A DNA stretch of 64,000 nt from Prevotella sp. (GTDB lineage Bacteria; Bacteroidota; Bacteroidia; Bacteroidales; Dysgonomonadaceae). The DNA is taken from assembly GCA_031285625.1 (NCBI GenBank), contig JAITVV010000095.1:160001-224000 (forward strand), written 5' to 3'. Positions 29,222 through 39,060 of the stretch are shown here, piece after piece; the stretch's first letter is position 1; each line of letters opens with the position of its first letter. Position numbers and translations under genes: made by a program. The notes below the pieces were generated by a model that was not told where the DNA came from, did not search any database, and was given only the letters and a program-made list of their open reading frames with translations.

Positions 29222-31234
29222 TTATTTTTTCTTCGGATTAAAATAGTTTGAAACTCTGTCAGGGCTCATCATCTGCCATAGCGAAGCAACTGTCCATCCC
29301 GGTGCAAAGATATCATTATAGAATCCTTTTCCGTTTTTGCCATAGTCCCAGTTGGTATGCTGAACCACTTCCGGATAATATCCGACTTTACCTATATCAA
29401 ACATATGCCCTTTTACCGGCATAAGCTGTAACATCGAACTTTTTATAACAGAAGAAAATTCCGAAAAACGCGGCTCATTACGCTCTTTAGCTAGCCAGTC
29501 GAGCACAGTTGCAAATTCGAAGATAAATACATCAATATGATTATTCTCTACTGATACATTTCCCCATCCGCGCGATTTGAAACCTACATCACCCAACATC
29601 TGTCCTTGAGCAAAAGGTACATCCCACATGTAATACCATGATAAAGCAAAATATGCTGCTTTTTTAGAAAGGTCGATATAATGATTTCTTTCTTTAGCAG
29701 GCGAGGCCATCGCCAGATAGTACATAGCAGTGGAAGCATATAGCGAAGCTTCTTTGTCTTCACAGTTGGCATCCAGTGTAGAAGAGAAATAGTCGGCTTT
29801 GGATATCAGCTCTTTCTCAAGATATACGGCTGTTTGCTTCGCACTTTCCATATACTGTTTATTGTTGAAATAAGCATAAGCCATTGTCAAAGGCAGTGTT
29901 GCCGATGGCGTGCTGCCACCCGAAGCATCCGATACTTTAAACTGGTCGTCAAACTTACGTGGAAAACTACCATCCTGTCCCTGTAGTTTCAGAAAGTTAT
30001 CAAGCAATGTCTTTATCTTAGCTTCCCATTCAGGATGCTTGCGGCCTTGTTTCTTTTCATAATCAAGGTAATTGAGAATAGCAAATGCTCCTTCCGACTG
30101 GCGGCGGATACTGTAAATGTCCGTTTCATTATTATGAGTGTAATCAACAAACTCACGGAAAAATCCGTTTGGAGTAAAACCATGTTTCAGATAGCTGTCG
30201 AATACCGAATTAGCTTTGTTTACAAGGTCTTTATTATTAGTCTGTTCACCATATTCCAATGCATTGAAAGCATTGAGTAATACACGTCCTACAAAACCTA
30301 CTTCTACCGAGCCTGTGCTCTTGCAATCGTCGGTACGCATGTGCACACCCGAAAAATATTTCAGGTCGTATTTATCCACATAGCTTTCAGTAAAGAAGTT
30401 AGATAAAACTTTCTTTGCTTCTGCGGTGCTCATAGCATCAGCATATACTTTCGGGCGGAATGAATCGTAAGAATAATTCCATACATCTGCTACAAATGCC
30501 GAGTAGTCTTTTGCATTTCCTTTGCGGATCTCCCATACCAACTGGCGTGTTTCTCCTTTTTCAAGTTTCTCGAAAGCCTGTACTGCCGGAGCCAGTGTAA
30601 GTTTACGTATATATGTTTTAGGAGCCTCACTATACGGGAAACCGTAAACAAGAGCTGTAGTGCCTCCTACATTACGGAATCCTGTAAAGCCCAATGATGT
30701 TTTATCAGTAAGGATAATTTCGCCTGCACTGTGTGTAGCCAGGCTTTCACCTTCAAACTTATCGAGGCGGAGCACTGTATAGTAATCTCCTGTCTTGTCG
30801 CTATAAATTCCTGTAAGAGGTGTACTCAGACGGTCTTCACGTACCTGCCAGCTGTCGCTTGTGGCGAAAGAAGGCGCTTCTTTTGGCGAGCGCATATTGC
30901 GGTGATACCAGAATCCCGGCATAAAAAACTGGCAATCGTCGTGTCTGATGGCTGACAATTTGCAAATTTCCTCAAAATTGTAGTACACAAGGTCTTTGGC
31001 TGTAATGGTAACAGTAATACGTGTTGCCGAACCATTCTGCACAGCCTGATGCTTAATCTCTACTGGCAATGCCTGTGATGCTTGTAGATAACCCGAGTTT
31101 TCCCGTAGGGTGTAAGTATCAGCGGGATTTCCCGGTGACTTCAGAGTGATCTTATACTCTGATTGTGTTTCCTGTGCAAAAATCGCTGCCCACGAAAACA
31201 AAAGTAAGATAACTGCAAACAATCTTTTTTCCAT
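29222..31234 (-). CDS. Unclassified PUL enzyme, 670 aa; probable beta-sandwich plus (alpha/alpha)6 glycoside hydrolase (possibly GH182-like)
   Basis: Signal peptide; N-terminal beta-rich half (PGFWYHRN, VREDRLS) and helical C-terminal half (QGQDGSFPR, STLDANCEDKE, GWGNVSVENNHID). Fold and family are inferred. Confidence 0.55.
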   Translation of the reverse strand: MEKRLFAVILLLFSWAAIFAQETQSEYKITLKSPGNPADTYTLRENSGYLQASQALPVEIKHQAVQNGSATRITVTITAKDLVYYNFEEICKLSAIRHDDCQFFMPGFWYHRNMRSPKEAPSFATSDSWQVREDRLSTPLTGIYSDKTGDYYTVLRLDKFEGESLATHSAGEIILTDKTSLGFTGFRNVGGTTALVYGFPYSEAPKTYIRKLTLAPAVQAFEKLEKGETRQLVWEIRKGNAKDYSAFVADVWNYSYDSFRPKVYADAMSTAEAKKVLSNFFTESYVDKYDLKYFSGVHMRTDDCKSTGSVEVGFVGRVLLNAFNALEYGEQTNNKDLVNKANSVFDSYLKHGFTPNGFFREFVDYTHNNETDIYSIRRQSEGAFAILNYLDYEKKQGRKHPEWEAKIKTLLDNFLKLQGQDGSFPRKFDDQFKVSDASGGSTPSATLPLTMAYAYFNNKQYMESAKQTAVYLEKELISKADYFSSTLDANCEDKEASLYASTAMYYLAMASPAKERNHYIDLSKKAAYFALSWYYMWDVPFAQGQMLGDVGFKSRGWGNVSVENNHIDVFIFEFATVLDWLAKERNEPRFSEFSSVIKSSMLQLMPVKGHMFDIGKVGYYPEVVQHTNWDYGKNGKGFYNDIFAPGWTVASLWQMMSPDRVSNYFNPKKK

Positions 31235-31260
31235 TATTTCTAAGTTTTATATTTATTCTT

Positions 31261-31333
31261 TTGTCATTCTGAGTGTAACGAAGAATCTCGTTTCTTTTAG
31301 GGAAGAGATTCTTCACTTCATTCAGAATGACAA
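31261..31333. repeat. GTCAT-ended REP-like palindrome, copy 1
   Basis: TTGTCATTCTGA...GAAGAATCTC / GAGATTCTTC...TCAGAATGACAA. Confidence 0.8.
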
Positions 31334-31342
31334 TTCTTTTCC

Positions 31343-32986
31343 TTAATTACCTAGTTTTACCCTTAGCCATGTTTCCGGCTTATCTTCTTCGCTGTTTACC
31401 AGCATCTCCGTATAACCGGATTGAGCATCGTATGCTGATAAAGCCATACCTAATTTTATTTCTTTTTTGTCTGATCCTTCGATCTCTTTTTTCGGGATGA
31501 TTACATTCAGTTCATAACCATTGTCTTTTATTGAAGAAGTTACCTGTATACCATTTATCGGTTTTTCCTGCCATTCCCCTCTCTTTTCCTCCCACATGCC
31601 GGTATTGCCCTGATAGTTGCACCATACTTTTGTGGATACCTTTTCATTGTTGAAATAAATATATATTCCATCAGAGGCGGAGTTTTCCGAACCAAACAAT
31701 TCTTTATCCTCTACTTTGCAGGTGATATACAGGTTCTTCTCATCTATACCTAATCCCGCACGAAGATTTGTTTCTCCCTTTGCCCCAATAAATATGGGGT
31801 ATGCGGTTATATCTTTTGTTATTATTTTCAGTTCGGGAATAATATATCCTTTGATCAGCCATGGTGCAATCTCTTCAGACTTAAAATTGGATGAAGCGAA
31901 TGCTACCACTGTATTTTCGTCCCACATAGCCAGTGAATTCCATTTGGCTTCTTTGTTTAACGGCACATCAAAAGGGCGTGTCCTACGGCTGAAATTACGC
32001 GCTGTTTTATCACCTATCGCAACTTCCATTGTAGAATATTCCCAGTCTGAAGCGCGGTTCTCATTTGTCTGGTATGAGATCATTGTCTCTCCTGTAGGGA
32101 GCCGGAGCAGATAAGGTGCACCCATATACACACTGTCATCAATCTTTTGAGTCAATGAATAATTCCTGTTGAGCGAATCGACCAGTACGGGTTTCGACCA
32201 GTTGTCTGAAAGCTTAGTGCGCACTGTGTATGGCTTAAATCTGTCGATGTTATTATCTTCTATAACTACAACTATTTCTTCACCTATAATACGGGCTACA
32301 GGCATACCATCGCGTCTGTTCTGACGGAAACAAACCATCGTAGCTTCGCCCCATGTGGCTCCGTTATCTTTCGATTTCATAACAGATATTTCCTGCTCAT
32401 CAGATTGCTGGTATGGATTCTCATTGGCAAAGTAAACCTGCACTTCACCATCAGGTAATTGCAGGAATGAAGGCTCCCAGCACCCATCGTGAAAACGTGG
32501 TGCGGCATCATATAGCACCTGTTCGGGCAGCCAGCTTTTGCCATTATCCGTACTTCTTCTTATAGCTATCGAGAATGGTGCTATTTCAGCCTTTGCCGGA
32601 CGATAGTTCGCCCCGGCAATAATATCACCGTTCTTTAATTGAATTATTTCGGCATTAGCCATATTTACCAGCGTGGATGCTCCATTATCGCCCTTGTGGG
32701 TGAACTGTGAAAACACCCTGACAGGCTCAGACCAGGCTAAACCATTGTCGTAGCTGCGTTTATACTCTATGTTTCCTGTACGGGTTTCGTAGATAGCGAT
32801 CAAAGAGCTATCCTGCATTCTTAGTAAACGCGGATATGCTCCCCTTTCGGCGATCTGCTGCATAGAACTATAGTCCCATGCTATACGGATATCATTATCC
32901 CCACAGGAATCGTCTGCCGTTTTCTTTTCTGTCCGGCAGGCTGATAAACACAATATTGCTGATAAAAATAAGGCTGTATGCTTCAT
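31343..32986 (-). CDS. BNR/Asp-box beta-propeller glycosidase (GH33/GH93-like) lipoprotein with C-terminal CBM9-like domain
   Basis: Lipobox LSAC; GAYPRLL; Asp-boxes RSYDNGLAW, RSTDNGKSW, KSKDNGATW; CWEPSF; C-terminal DEKNLYITCKVED...DGIYIYF...GYELNVIIP. Confidence 0.75.
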   Translation of the reverse strand: MKHTALFLSAILCLSACRTEKKTADDSCGDNDIRIAWDYSSMQQIAERGAYPRLLRMQDSSLIAIYETRTGNIEYKRSYDNGLAWSEPVRVFSQFTHKGDNGASTLVNMANAEIIQLKNGDIIAGANYRPAKAEIAPFSIAIRRSTDNGKSWLPEQVLYDAAPRFHDGCWEPSFLQLPDGEVQVYFANENPYQQSDEQEISVMKSKDNGATWGEATMVCFRQNRRDGMPVARIIGEEIVVVIEDNNIDRFKPYTVRTKLSDNWSKPVLVDSLNRNYSLTQKIDDSVYMGAPYLLRLPTGETMISYQTNENRASDWEYSTMEVAIGDKTARNFSRRTRPFDVPLNKEAKWNSLAMWDENTVVAFASSNFKSEEIAPWLIKGYIIPELKIITKDITAYPIFIGAKGETNLRAGLGIDEKNLYITCKVEDKELFGSENSASDGIYIYFNNEKVSTKVWCNYQGNTGMWEEKRGEWQEKPINGIQVTSSIKDNGYELNVIIPKKEIEGSDKKEIKLGMALSAYDAQSGYTEMLVNSEEDKPETWLRVKLGN

Positions 32987-33020
32987 TATAATTATGTAAG
33001 GGACGTTAGTTACTTTATTT

Positions 33021-33111
33021 TCTCTGTCATCCTGAACGGAGTGAAGGATCTCTTAGCTTTTTCCCTTGAAAAATGGGTCGGGATCTTCCTATCGTCAGCA
33101 TGACAAAGAGA
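33021..33111. repeat. GTCAT-ended REP-like palindrome, copy 2
   Basis: TCTCTGTCATCCTGAACGGAGTGAAGGATCTC...GGGATCTTCC...TCAGCATGACAAAGAGA. Confidence 0.75.
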
Positions 33112-33148
33112 ATCTGTCATTAATTGCGATCCAATACCTGTTACCAAA

Positions 33149-34102
33149 TTATTTAATAACCAGTTTTGGTTTCAATATAGCTCCTGATATTTTCATTACC
33201 GGAACTTCATCATTCGTAAATGTAACATCTGATATATACATATCGCGTGGATGTATATTTTCCGGTGAACGGTGCGCATGAAAAACGATCTTCAATTGAC
33301 CTGCTTTGTCAGTAAACATGGCGCTGTGTCCTACTCCCACCAGACTGTCAGGTTTTTGCAGGATTGGGTTTTTGTCATATTTTGTCCACGGGCCCAGTGG
33401 TGATGATGAAGTGGCATAACCTATACCATAAAAAGGACTCTCATAGCTGTTGGCAGAATATGTAAGGTAATAAAGACCTTTATGTTTTGTTATAAAAGCG
33501 CCTTCGTTTACCCGTGGCCATATTTCTTCCCAAGGTTGAGATACATTGATACATTTGGTCAACGTTTCTTTCTTTATTGTTTCCAGATCGCTTTCGAGTT
33601 CTGCTACCCAGATATTAAGGCCATCATTGAAGCGGTCGAAATACATATATGGCTTGCCATCGTCATCAATAAAGAGTGTATTATCTATACATTTTTCATC
33701 TTCCAACATAGGCTTTTGTACAGTCTGAACAAACGGGCCAAGTGGGGAATCTCCTGTAGCTACGCAGATATGTTCATCAGCAGAGTAGTACATAAAGAAT
33801 TTATTCTTTTCCTTTATGTAATATACTTCCGGTGCCCAGAACCAGCGGTCGGCCCATGAGTCTTTTTTATTGAGAGCAAGTTGCGGTTCTTTCTTCCATA
33901 TTTTGAGATCGTCGGATGTGTAGACCTCTATACCATTATCAGAATTTGTACCATAGGCATAGTATACATCATCATGCAACATGATGAAAGGATCGGCCAA
34001 CGGGACAGATGTACTGTACTCAAAATCGCTTTTTTCGCTGCTGCTACACGACATAACGAAAACAGAGATAAAAAGCAGTACTAAGTAATGCAATTTTTTC
34101 AT
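33149..34102 (-). CDS. Glycoside hydrolase family 43 lipoprotein
   Basis: Lipobox VMSC; LADPFIM, WFWAPEV, CIDNTLF, VNEGAFI, GVGHSA. Confidence 0.92.
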   Translation of the reverse strand: MKKLHYLVLLFISVFVMSCSSSEKSDFEYSTSVPLADPFIMLHDDVYYAYGTNSDNGIEVYTSDDLKIWKKEPQLALNKKDSWADRWFWAPEVYYIKEKNKFFMYYSADEHICVATGDSPLGPFVQTVQKPMLEDEKCIDNTLFIDDDGKPYMYFDRFNDGLNIWVAELESDLETIKKETLTKCINVSQPWEEIWPRVNEGAFITKHKGLYYLTYSANSYESPFYGIGYATSSSPLGPWTKYDKNPILQKPDSLVGVGHSAMFTDKAGQLKIVFHAHRSPENIHPRDMYISDVTFTNDEVPVMKISGAILKPKLVIK

Positions 34103-34118
34103 TTCTATAAATATTAAG

Positions 34119-34146
34119 AATCTCCGGCCCCGAAAGACCGGAGATT
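34119..34146 (-). terminator. Hairpin after susD (partial terminator or mRNA stabiliser)
   Basis: AATCTCCGG...CCGGAGATT 9-bp stem between susD and GH43. Confidence 0.55.
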
Positions 34147-34155
34147 TACTATTCT

Positions 34156-35763
34156 TTAATAGTTAGGGTTTTGACTAATATTCGAATTATTTTTCACTTC
34201 ACTGGACGGAATAGGTAAACAGCTATGGCGGTCTGCCTTGAAGTTGTTAAAATCAGGGTCGCGTGATTTTAATTCATCTATACCAGCCTGGTTGTCTAAT
34301 AATCCCCAGCGTTTGATATCACCCCAGCGATGTCCTTCGGTAGCCAGTTCGTGTACACGTTCCATTTGCAGTTGTTTGAGGAATGCATCTTTACCGGAGG
34401 CGGCAGCTGAATGGTTTACGGCCAATGCGGGCATATTCACCCTTGCCCTTACTGTATTTACATAACCTACTGCCGTAGATACACTACCACCTGATTCGAC
34501 AATACATTCTGCGTACATTAACAGTACATCGGCAAAACGGATAAGCCTTACATTTGTCTTATTATAGTAGTCATCGTAGTCACGATAATAATCTGCTCCA
34601 TATTTGCGGAAGAATACACGTCCTTTCCAGTTATCCAATCCCCATGTATCTACGTCAGGATTAGCATTGCCATTTTCTCCTGTTTTCTGGAATCCGCTAA
34701 GCCTTCCATAGATTCTGTCATTATTTGGGAAATCATTATGCATTTCTTCATAGAATGCTGTATACTTCAAGCGGATATCATAACCTCCGTTCACATCTTT
34801 TTCTTTCTTGAATTCTTCTATCAACCAAGGACGTAGTTCACCATCTGTCCAGCCTATACTTGGAGGAGCAAAAAACTTACCACGGTTGAGTCCTAAGTTC
34901 GGGTCTACATCATAGTCTCCATCTCCTGCAGGTGATCCGTAAATATCTGAATATTGGATTTCGAAAACCGATTCGATATTATTCTCATTACCATTGAAGT
35001 TGTCAAAATAATTTGTAGTCAATCCATAATATTTTCTTCCTTCACCTTCTACAAGCCAGTGCAAATCAGCCTTAGCTTCTTCCCATTTATGCATTTGCAT
35101 ATATACTTTTGCTCTGAAAGCATAAGCTGCACCTTTTGTTGCACGTCCTTTCTCGTCACCGGTCCATTCTTCAGGCAGGTATTTTACAGCTTCTGTAAAG
35201 TCTGCAATCGCCTGTTCGTAAACTTCGGTACCTGTATGTCCTTCAGGTCTCATTGCAGGAGTAGAAGGTTCCAGTATTATGGCAAGGCTTTTCTCATTAC
35301 TTCCCCATAACAATCCTAAGTAGTAATAATATAATCCTCTAAGGAAATGTGCCTGTGCCAATATTTGATTTTTGTTATTCTCGTCTTTGAATTCTATATC
35401 CGGTACATAATGCAATACCTGATTGGCACGGAATATAGCTCTGTAGCAAGCACCATAAGTGCCTGAGTTACCTTCTCCAAAATTATAATTATTGTAAGTA
35501 AACCTGGTCCATTCCTTTAGTTCTGCCCATGGACTCTCACTACATCCTTCATCAGATGTGAGGTCGAGCCTGAACCACATCCACCGGCTAAAAGTATCAG
35601 GTTTGTAAAAATAATTGTAAACTGCATTGATTCCGTTTTTAGCATCATTTTCTGTTTTCCAGAATGACTCAACCGTAGTTGTATTTGGATTTTCCACGTC
35701 TACATCACAGCCTGTGAGGAATAGTGCAGATAGGAAAAAGAATATATATATAATTTTTTTCAT
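34156..35763 (-). CDS. SusD/RagB glycan-binding lipoprotein
   Basis: Lipobox LTGC; YRAIFRANQVL, AHFLRGLYYY, GRATKGAA, ESVFEIQY, IRFADVLLMYAE, ERVHELATEGHRWGDIKRW, QNPNY. Confidence 0.95.
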   Translation of the reverse strand: MKKIIYIFFFLSALFLTGCDVDVENPNTTTVESFWKTENDAKNGINAVYNYFYKPDTFSRWMWFRLDLTSDEGCSESPWAELKEWTRFTYNNYNFGEGNSGTYGACYRAIFRANQVLHYVPDIEFKDENNKNQILAQAHFLRGLYYYYLGLLWGSNEKSLAIILEPSTPAMRPEGHTGTEVYEQAIADFTEAVKYLPEEWTGDEKGRATKGAAYAFRAKVYMQMHKWEEAKADLHWLVEGEGRKYYGLTTNYFDNFNGNENNIESVFEIQYSDIYGSPAGDGDYDVDPNLGLNRGKFFAPPSIGWTDGELRPWLIEEFKKEKDVNGGYDIRLKYTAFYEEMHNDFPNNDRIYGRLSGFQKTGENGNANPDVDTWGLDNWKGRVFFRKYGADYYRDYDDYYNKTNVRLIRFADVLLMYAECIVESGGSVSTAVGYVNTVRARVNMPALAVNHSAAASGKDAFLKQLQMERVHELATEGHRWGDIKRWGLLDNQAGIDELKSRDPDFNNFKADRHSCLPIPSSEVKNNSNISQNPNY

Positions 35764-35782
35764 TTTTGTAAGTATTTATATG

Positions 35783-38767
35783 TTAGAATGAAATCTGAGC
35801 CCCGAAAGTAATAGTACGAGGGTTTGGAAATGCTCCGCCATCATAACTTCTTTCCCAAAGGTTTCCGTTTAAGAATTCAGGATCGAGTCCTTTATATGAA
35901 GTAAATGTGATCAGGTTCTGCGCATTTACATATAAACGTGCACTATTGATTACTTTACCTAAAACCGATTTAGGAATATTGTAACCCAGAGCCATTTGTT
36001 TTACTTTCAGATAATTTCCGTTTTCTAACCAACGATCCTGATCGCCACGTACATTGCGTGAATCACCATAGATAGGGCGCGGATCTTTTGCATTTGGATT
36101 TTCCGGAGTCCAAGGATCATAGTCGGTACGGTAGTTCGAGTTATCATCGAAACGATCGTATGCGCTGCGAGGACCATTAAATATTTTGTGACCGAATGCG
36201 CCTCCCATTTGTACCTGAAAATCAAAATCTTTATAACGGAAACCAAGATCAATGCCCAATTCATATTTAGGCATATTTTCGCCACAATACTGACGGTCTG
36301 CATCTGTAATCTGTCCGTCATCATTAAAGTCTACATATTTAACGTCTCCCGGTTTTGCATCCGGCTGGATAAGTTTGCCTTCGCTGTTTTTATGAGCCTG
36401 AACTTCTTCTTCGGAACGGAAAAGGCCTGCAGTTTTTATCAGATACCATTGCCCTATAGATTCACCAACCTTAGATTTTGTATCCCATTGGTCAAATTCC
36501 TCCAAATCGTAACCGATCTTAGTTAATTTATTTTTAAGGAAAGAACCGTTGACACCTATGCTGTAATCCATATCTTTTCCGATATTGTCTTTCCATGTAG
36601 CAGCCAGTTCAAAACCTGTATTCCGGATAGAAGCGGAGTTAACCCAAGGATTTTCCCCACTGTGTCCTGTTGATAAAAGAACAGGCATGCGGGTTAAGAT
36701 ATCTGTAGAGTTCTTTATAAAGAAGTCTGCTGTAACTCCCAGTCTGTTTTTTAATAAAGAAGCATCAATTCCGGCATTAAACTGGGCCATTTCTTCCCAT
36801 TTCAGGTCTTTATTTACAAGGGCTGACTGTATCATACCACTTTGTGCCTTATCACCGAAAGCTACCTGAGGATATAAATTTATAAGCTCGATATAATCAT
36901 AGTATCCATTATTGGATGTACCCAGAACTCCATAATTGGCTCTGATCTTCAGATCATCTATCCACGAAACATTAAAGAATTTTTCGTTGCTGATACGCCA
37001 TCCTCCCGAGAATGAAGGGAAATATCCAACCCTGTAGTCCTTCGCAAATTTGGAAGACTCATCGCGTCGTACCGTTACACTGAGAAGATAACGATCGTCG
37101 AATGTATAATTAACGCGACCAAAAACAGAAAATAGTTTTGATTTTTCCAAATAGCTTCCTGTCTTGGCTCCCGATAGGGCAGCATCCAGCTGCTCGAAAT
37201 ATTCCGTACCGTTCATCAGAACGTCATTCTTAGTGCCCCATAGGCGTTCGTAGTTAGTATCCTGATAACTAACCCCCAGAACAGCACTTATATCATGTTT
37301 GCCAAATGTTTTGTTAAACTCTAAGGTATTGTCAAACACAAGGTTGTGCGACTGAGCCTGTCTGCGTGTCAATATAGACGGGTCATATGACTGATTGTAT
37401 GTCCAGTCACCTTCTTTGCGCAGATATTTATATTTATCGTTGCTATAGTCGAATCCGAAATTAAATCTGTACTTAAACATTTTAAGGACTTCCAGTTCGC
37501 TGAATGCATTTCCACGAATACGTAAGTTGCTGTTGCGTGTGTCTTCCAGATCTTCTTTAGCTACCGGGTTTACACCAAAGGTAACATCACGGTTACCGTC
37601 ACCGTATCCATATCCGCCTTTTGTATTATTCGGGTCATATACAGATATTGTAGGTAACATACGGTATACATCAATAATAGGGTTGGTATTCAGTTCATTC
37701 ACCCCAAAGTGGCTCAATACTATATTTTCACCTACACGGAACGTTACATGATCGCCAAAATTACGTGTCGAAGATGTGTTTGCTCTCAATGTAAAACGTT
37801 TACTATCGGCTCCGATTGTTGTACCTGAATTGCCTTGATAGTTAGCTGAAATAAAATAACGGCTGTTGTCAGCACCTCCTGAGAAAGAGATGTTGTGATC
37901 CTGTACGATACCTGTTTTGAACACTTCTTTCTGCCAATCAGTATTTCCATCAAAGTGGTTTGCAGGGGATTTCCCTGCATTTGTAAATGCCAGGTCGTTC
38001 AGTTTTATCCATTGGTCGCGGCCGGTCAGGTCGTATTTAGGCAGCCACTGAAGAGATAAGCGGGACGATACATCTATTTTCATGTCGCCCTTCTTACCTT
38101 GTTTGGTCGTGATAATGATAACTCCATTACCTGCACGTGAACCGTAGATAGCTGCTGCTGACGCATCTTTCAATACCTGCACGCTTTCGATGTCGTTGAA
38201 GTTGAAGTCGCGGTTACCACCCGATACCACCCCATCAACCACATATAGCGGATCCGAGTTTCCGAAAGTACCTGTACCACGGATTACGACTTTACCCTCG
38301 CTACCGGGATTACCTGCTGTGCGTACGTTCAAGCCAGGGAGCGTACCCAATGCATCCCCTATGGTCCCACTTACAATAGTGTTTTTCATCTGATTAGGAT
38401 TAAACACAGATACAGCTCCTGTAAGGTCAGCTTTTTTGATGGTCTGATAACCGATCACCACCACTTCCTCCAAGTGTCTGTCGTCTGTAGCTAGAGTCAC
38501 ATTTAGTGTAGGTTGCCCTGTGTACTCGATTTCCTGTGATGTCATCCCCACAAGGGAAAACACCAGAACCTGATTTTGTGACGCATTGATCGAATATACT
38601 CCATCAACATCGGTAATGGTACCTTTGGTTGTACCCTTGATGATGACGCTTACTCCGGGAAGAGGCTCGTTGGTATCATCCAACACTTTCCCTCTTACCT
38701 CTACATCCTGTCCATATGCAACTAATGAACAGACCGCAAATAGTAGAAATAAAATTCTCTTTAACAT
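35783..38767 (-). CDS. SusC/RagA TonB-dependent transporter
   Basis: EPLPGVSV, EEVVVIGY, PLYVVDG, VLKDASAAAIYGSRAGNGVIIITTK, LKIRANYG, GLDPE, terminal ISF. Confidence 0.96.
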   Translation of the reverse strand: MLKRILFLLFAVCSLVAYGQDVEVRGKVLDDTNEPLPGVSVIIKGTTKGTITDVDGVYSINASQNQVLVFSLVGMTSQEIEYTGQPTLNVTLATDDRHLEEVVVIGYQTIKKADLTGAVSVFNPNQMKNTIVSGTIGDALGTLPGLNVRTAGNPGSEGKVVIRGTGTFGNSDPLYVVDGVVSGGNRDFNFNDIESVQVLKDASAAAIYGSRAGNGVIIITTKQGKKGDMKIDVSSRLSLQWLPKYDLTGRDQWIKLNDLAFTNAGKSPANHFDGNTDWQKEVFKTGIVQDHNISFSGGADNSRYFISANYQGNSGTTIGADSKRFTLRANTSSTRNFGDHVTFRVGENIVLSHFGVNELNTNPIIDVYRMLPTISVYDPNNTKGGYGYGDGNRDVTFGVNPVAKEDLEDTRNSNLRIRGNAFSELEVLKMFKYRFNFGFDYSNDKYKYLRKEGDWTYNQSYDPSILTRRQAQSHNLVFDNTLEFNKTFGKHDISAVLGVSYQDTNYERLWGTKNDVLMNGTEYFEQLDAALSGAKTGSYLEKSKLFSVFGRVNYTFDDRYLLSVTVRRDESSKFAKDYRVGYFPSFSGGWRISNEKFFNVSWIDDLKIRANYGVLGTSNNGYYDYIELINLYPQVAFGDKAQSGMIQSALVNKDLKWEEMAQFNAGIDASLLKNRLGVTADFFIKNSTDILTRMPVLLSTGHSGENPWVNSASIRNTGFELAATWKDNIGKDMDYSIGVNGSFLKNKLTKIGYDLEEFDQWDTKSKVGESIGQWYLIKTAGLFRSEEEVQAHKNSEGKLIQPDAKPGDVKYVDFNDDGQITDADRQYCGENMPKYELGIDLGFRYKDFDFQVQMGGAFGHKIFNGPRSAYDRFDDNSNYRTDYDPWTPENPNAKDPRPIYGDSRNVRGDQDRWLENGNYLKVKQMALGYNIPKSVLGKVINSARLYVNAQNLITFTSYKGLDPEFLNGNLWERSYDGGAFPNPRTITFGAQISF

Positions 38768-38940
38768 GTTTCTAGATTTTGGTTGTTATAATAGGTTAAC
38801 TAATTATTTATGTTTAGAATAAATAATGATTAATTTCCCGCAATTTATTTTTGTATAGATTTTTGAAGTATTATATTCATACTATGGTATTAGTTCAGAT
38901 CAAATCAAAGGTTACATGCAAGTATTCCTTTTTCTTTAGC

Positions 38941-39000
38941 CAAAAGTAATATGAGTAACCAAAGCCAAAGAGTACTTTTGGGTAAAAAAAGAGTAAAAAT
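38941..39000 (-). promoter_or_regulatory. susC promoter (-7 TACTTTTG) with a 21-bp-period direct repeat, candidate HTCS site
   Basis: CAAAAGTA at 38941 is TAnnTTTG on the minus strand; AAGAGTACTTTT (38968) and AAGAGTAAAAAT (38989). Confidence 0.65.
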
Positions 39001-39060
39001 AAGTACAGGAGCTGAAACGCCTGTTTTTTACCATTAATTGACTATTTTTTACCATAAAAT

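Noticed and set aside
33066-33281. 71-aa plus-strand ORF, and similarly 31146-31346
   Set aside because: They overlap REP palindromes and lie antisense to PUL genes.
38768-39060. Invertible promoter for the PUL
   Set aside because: No flanking inverted repeats of convincing length and no recombinase in the window; the direct repeats are better explained as an HTCS site.
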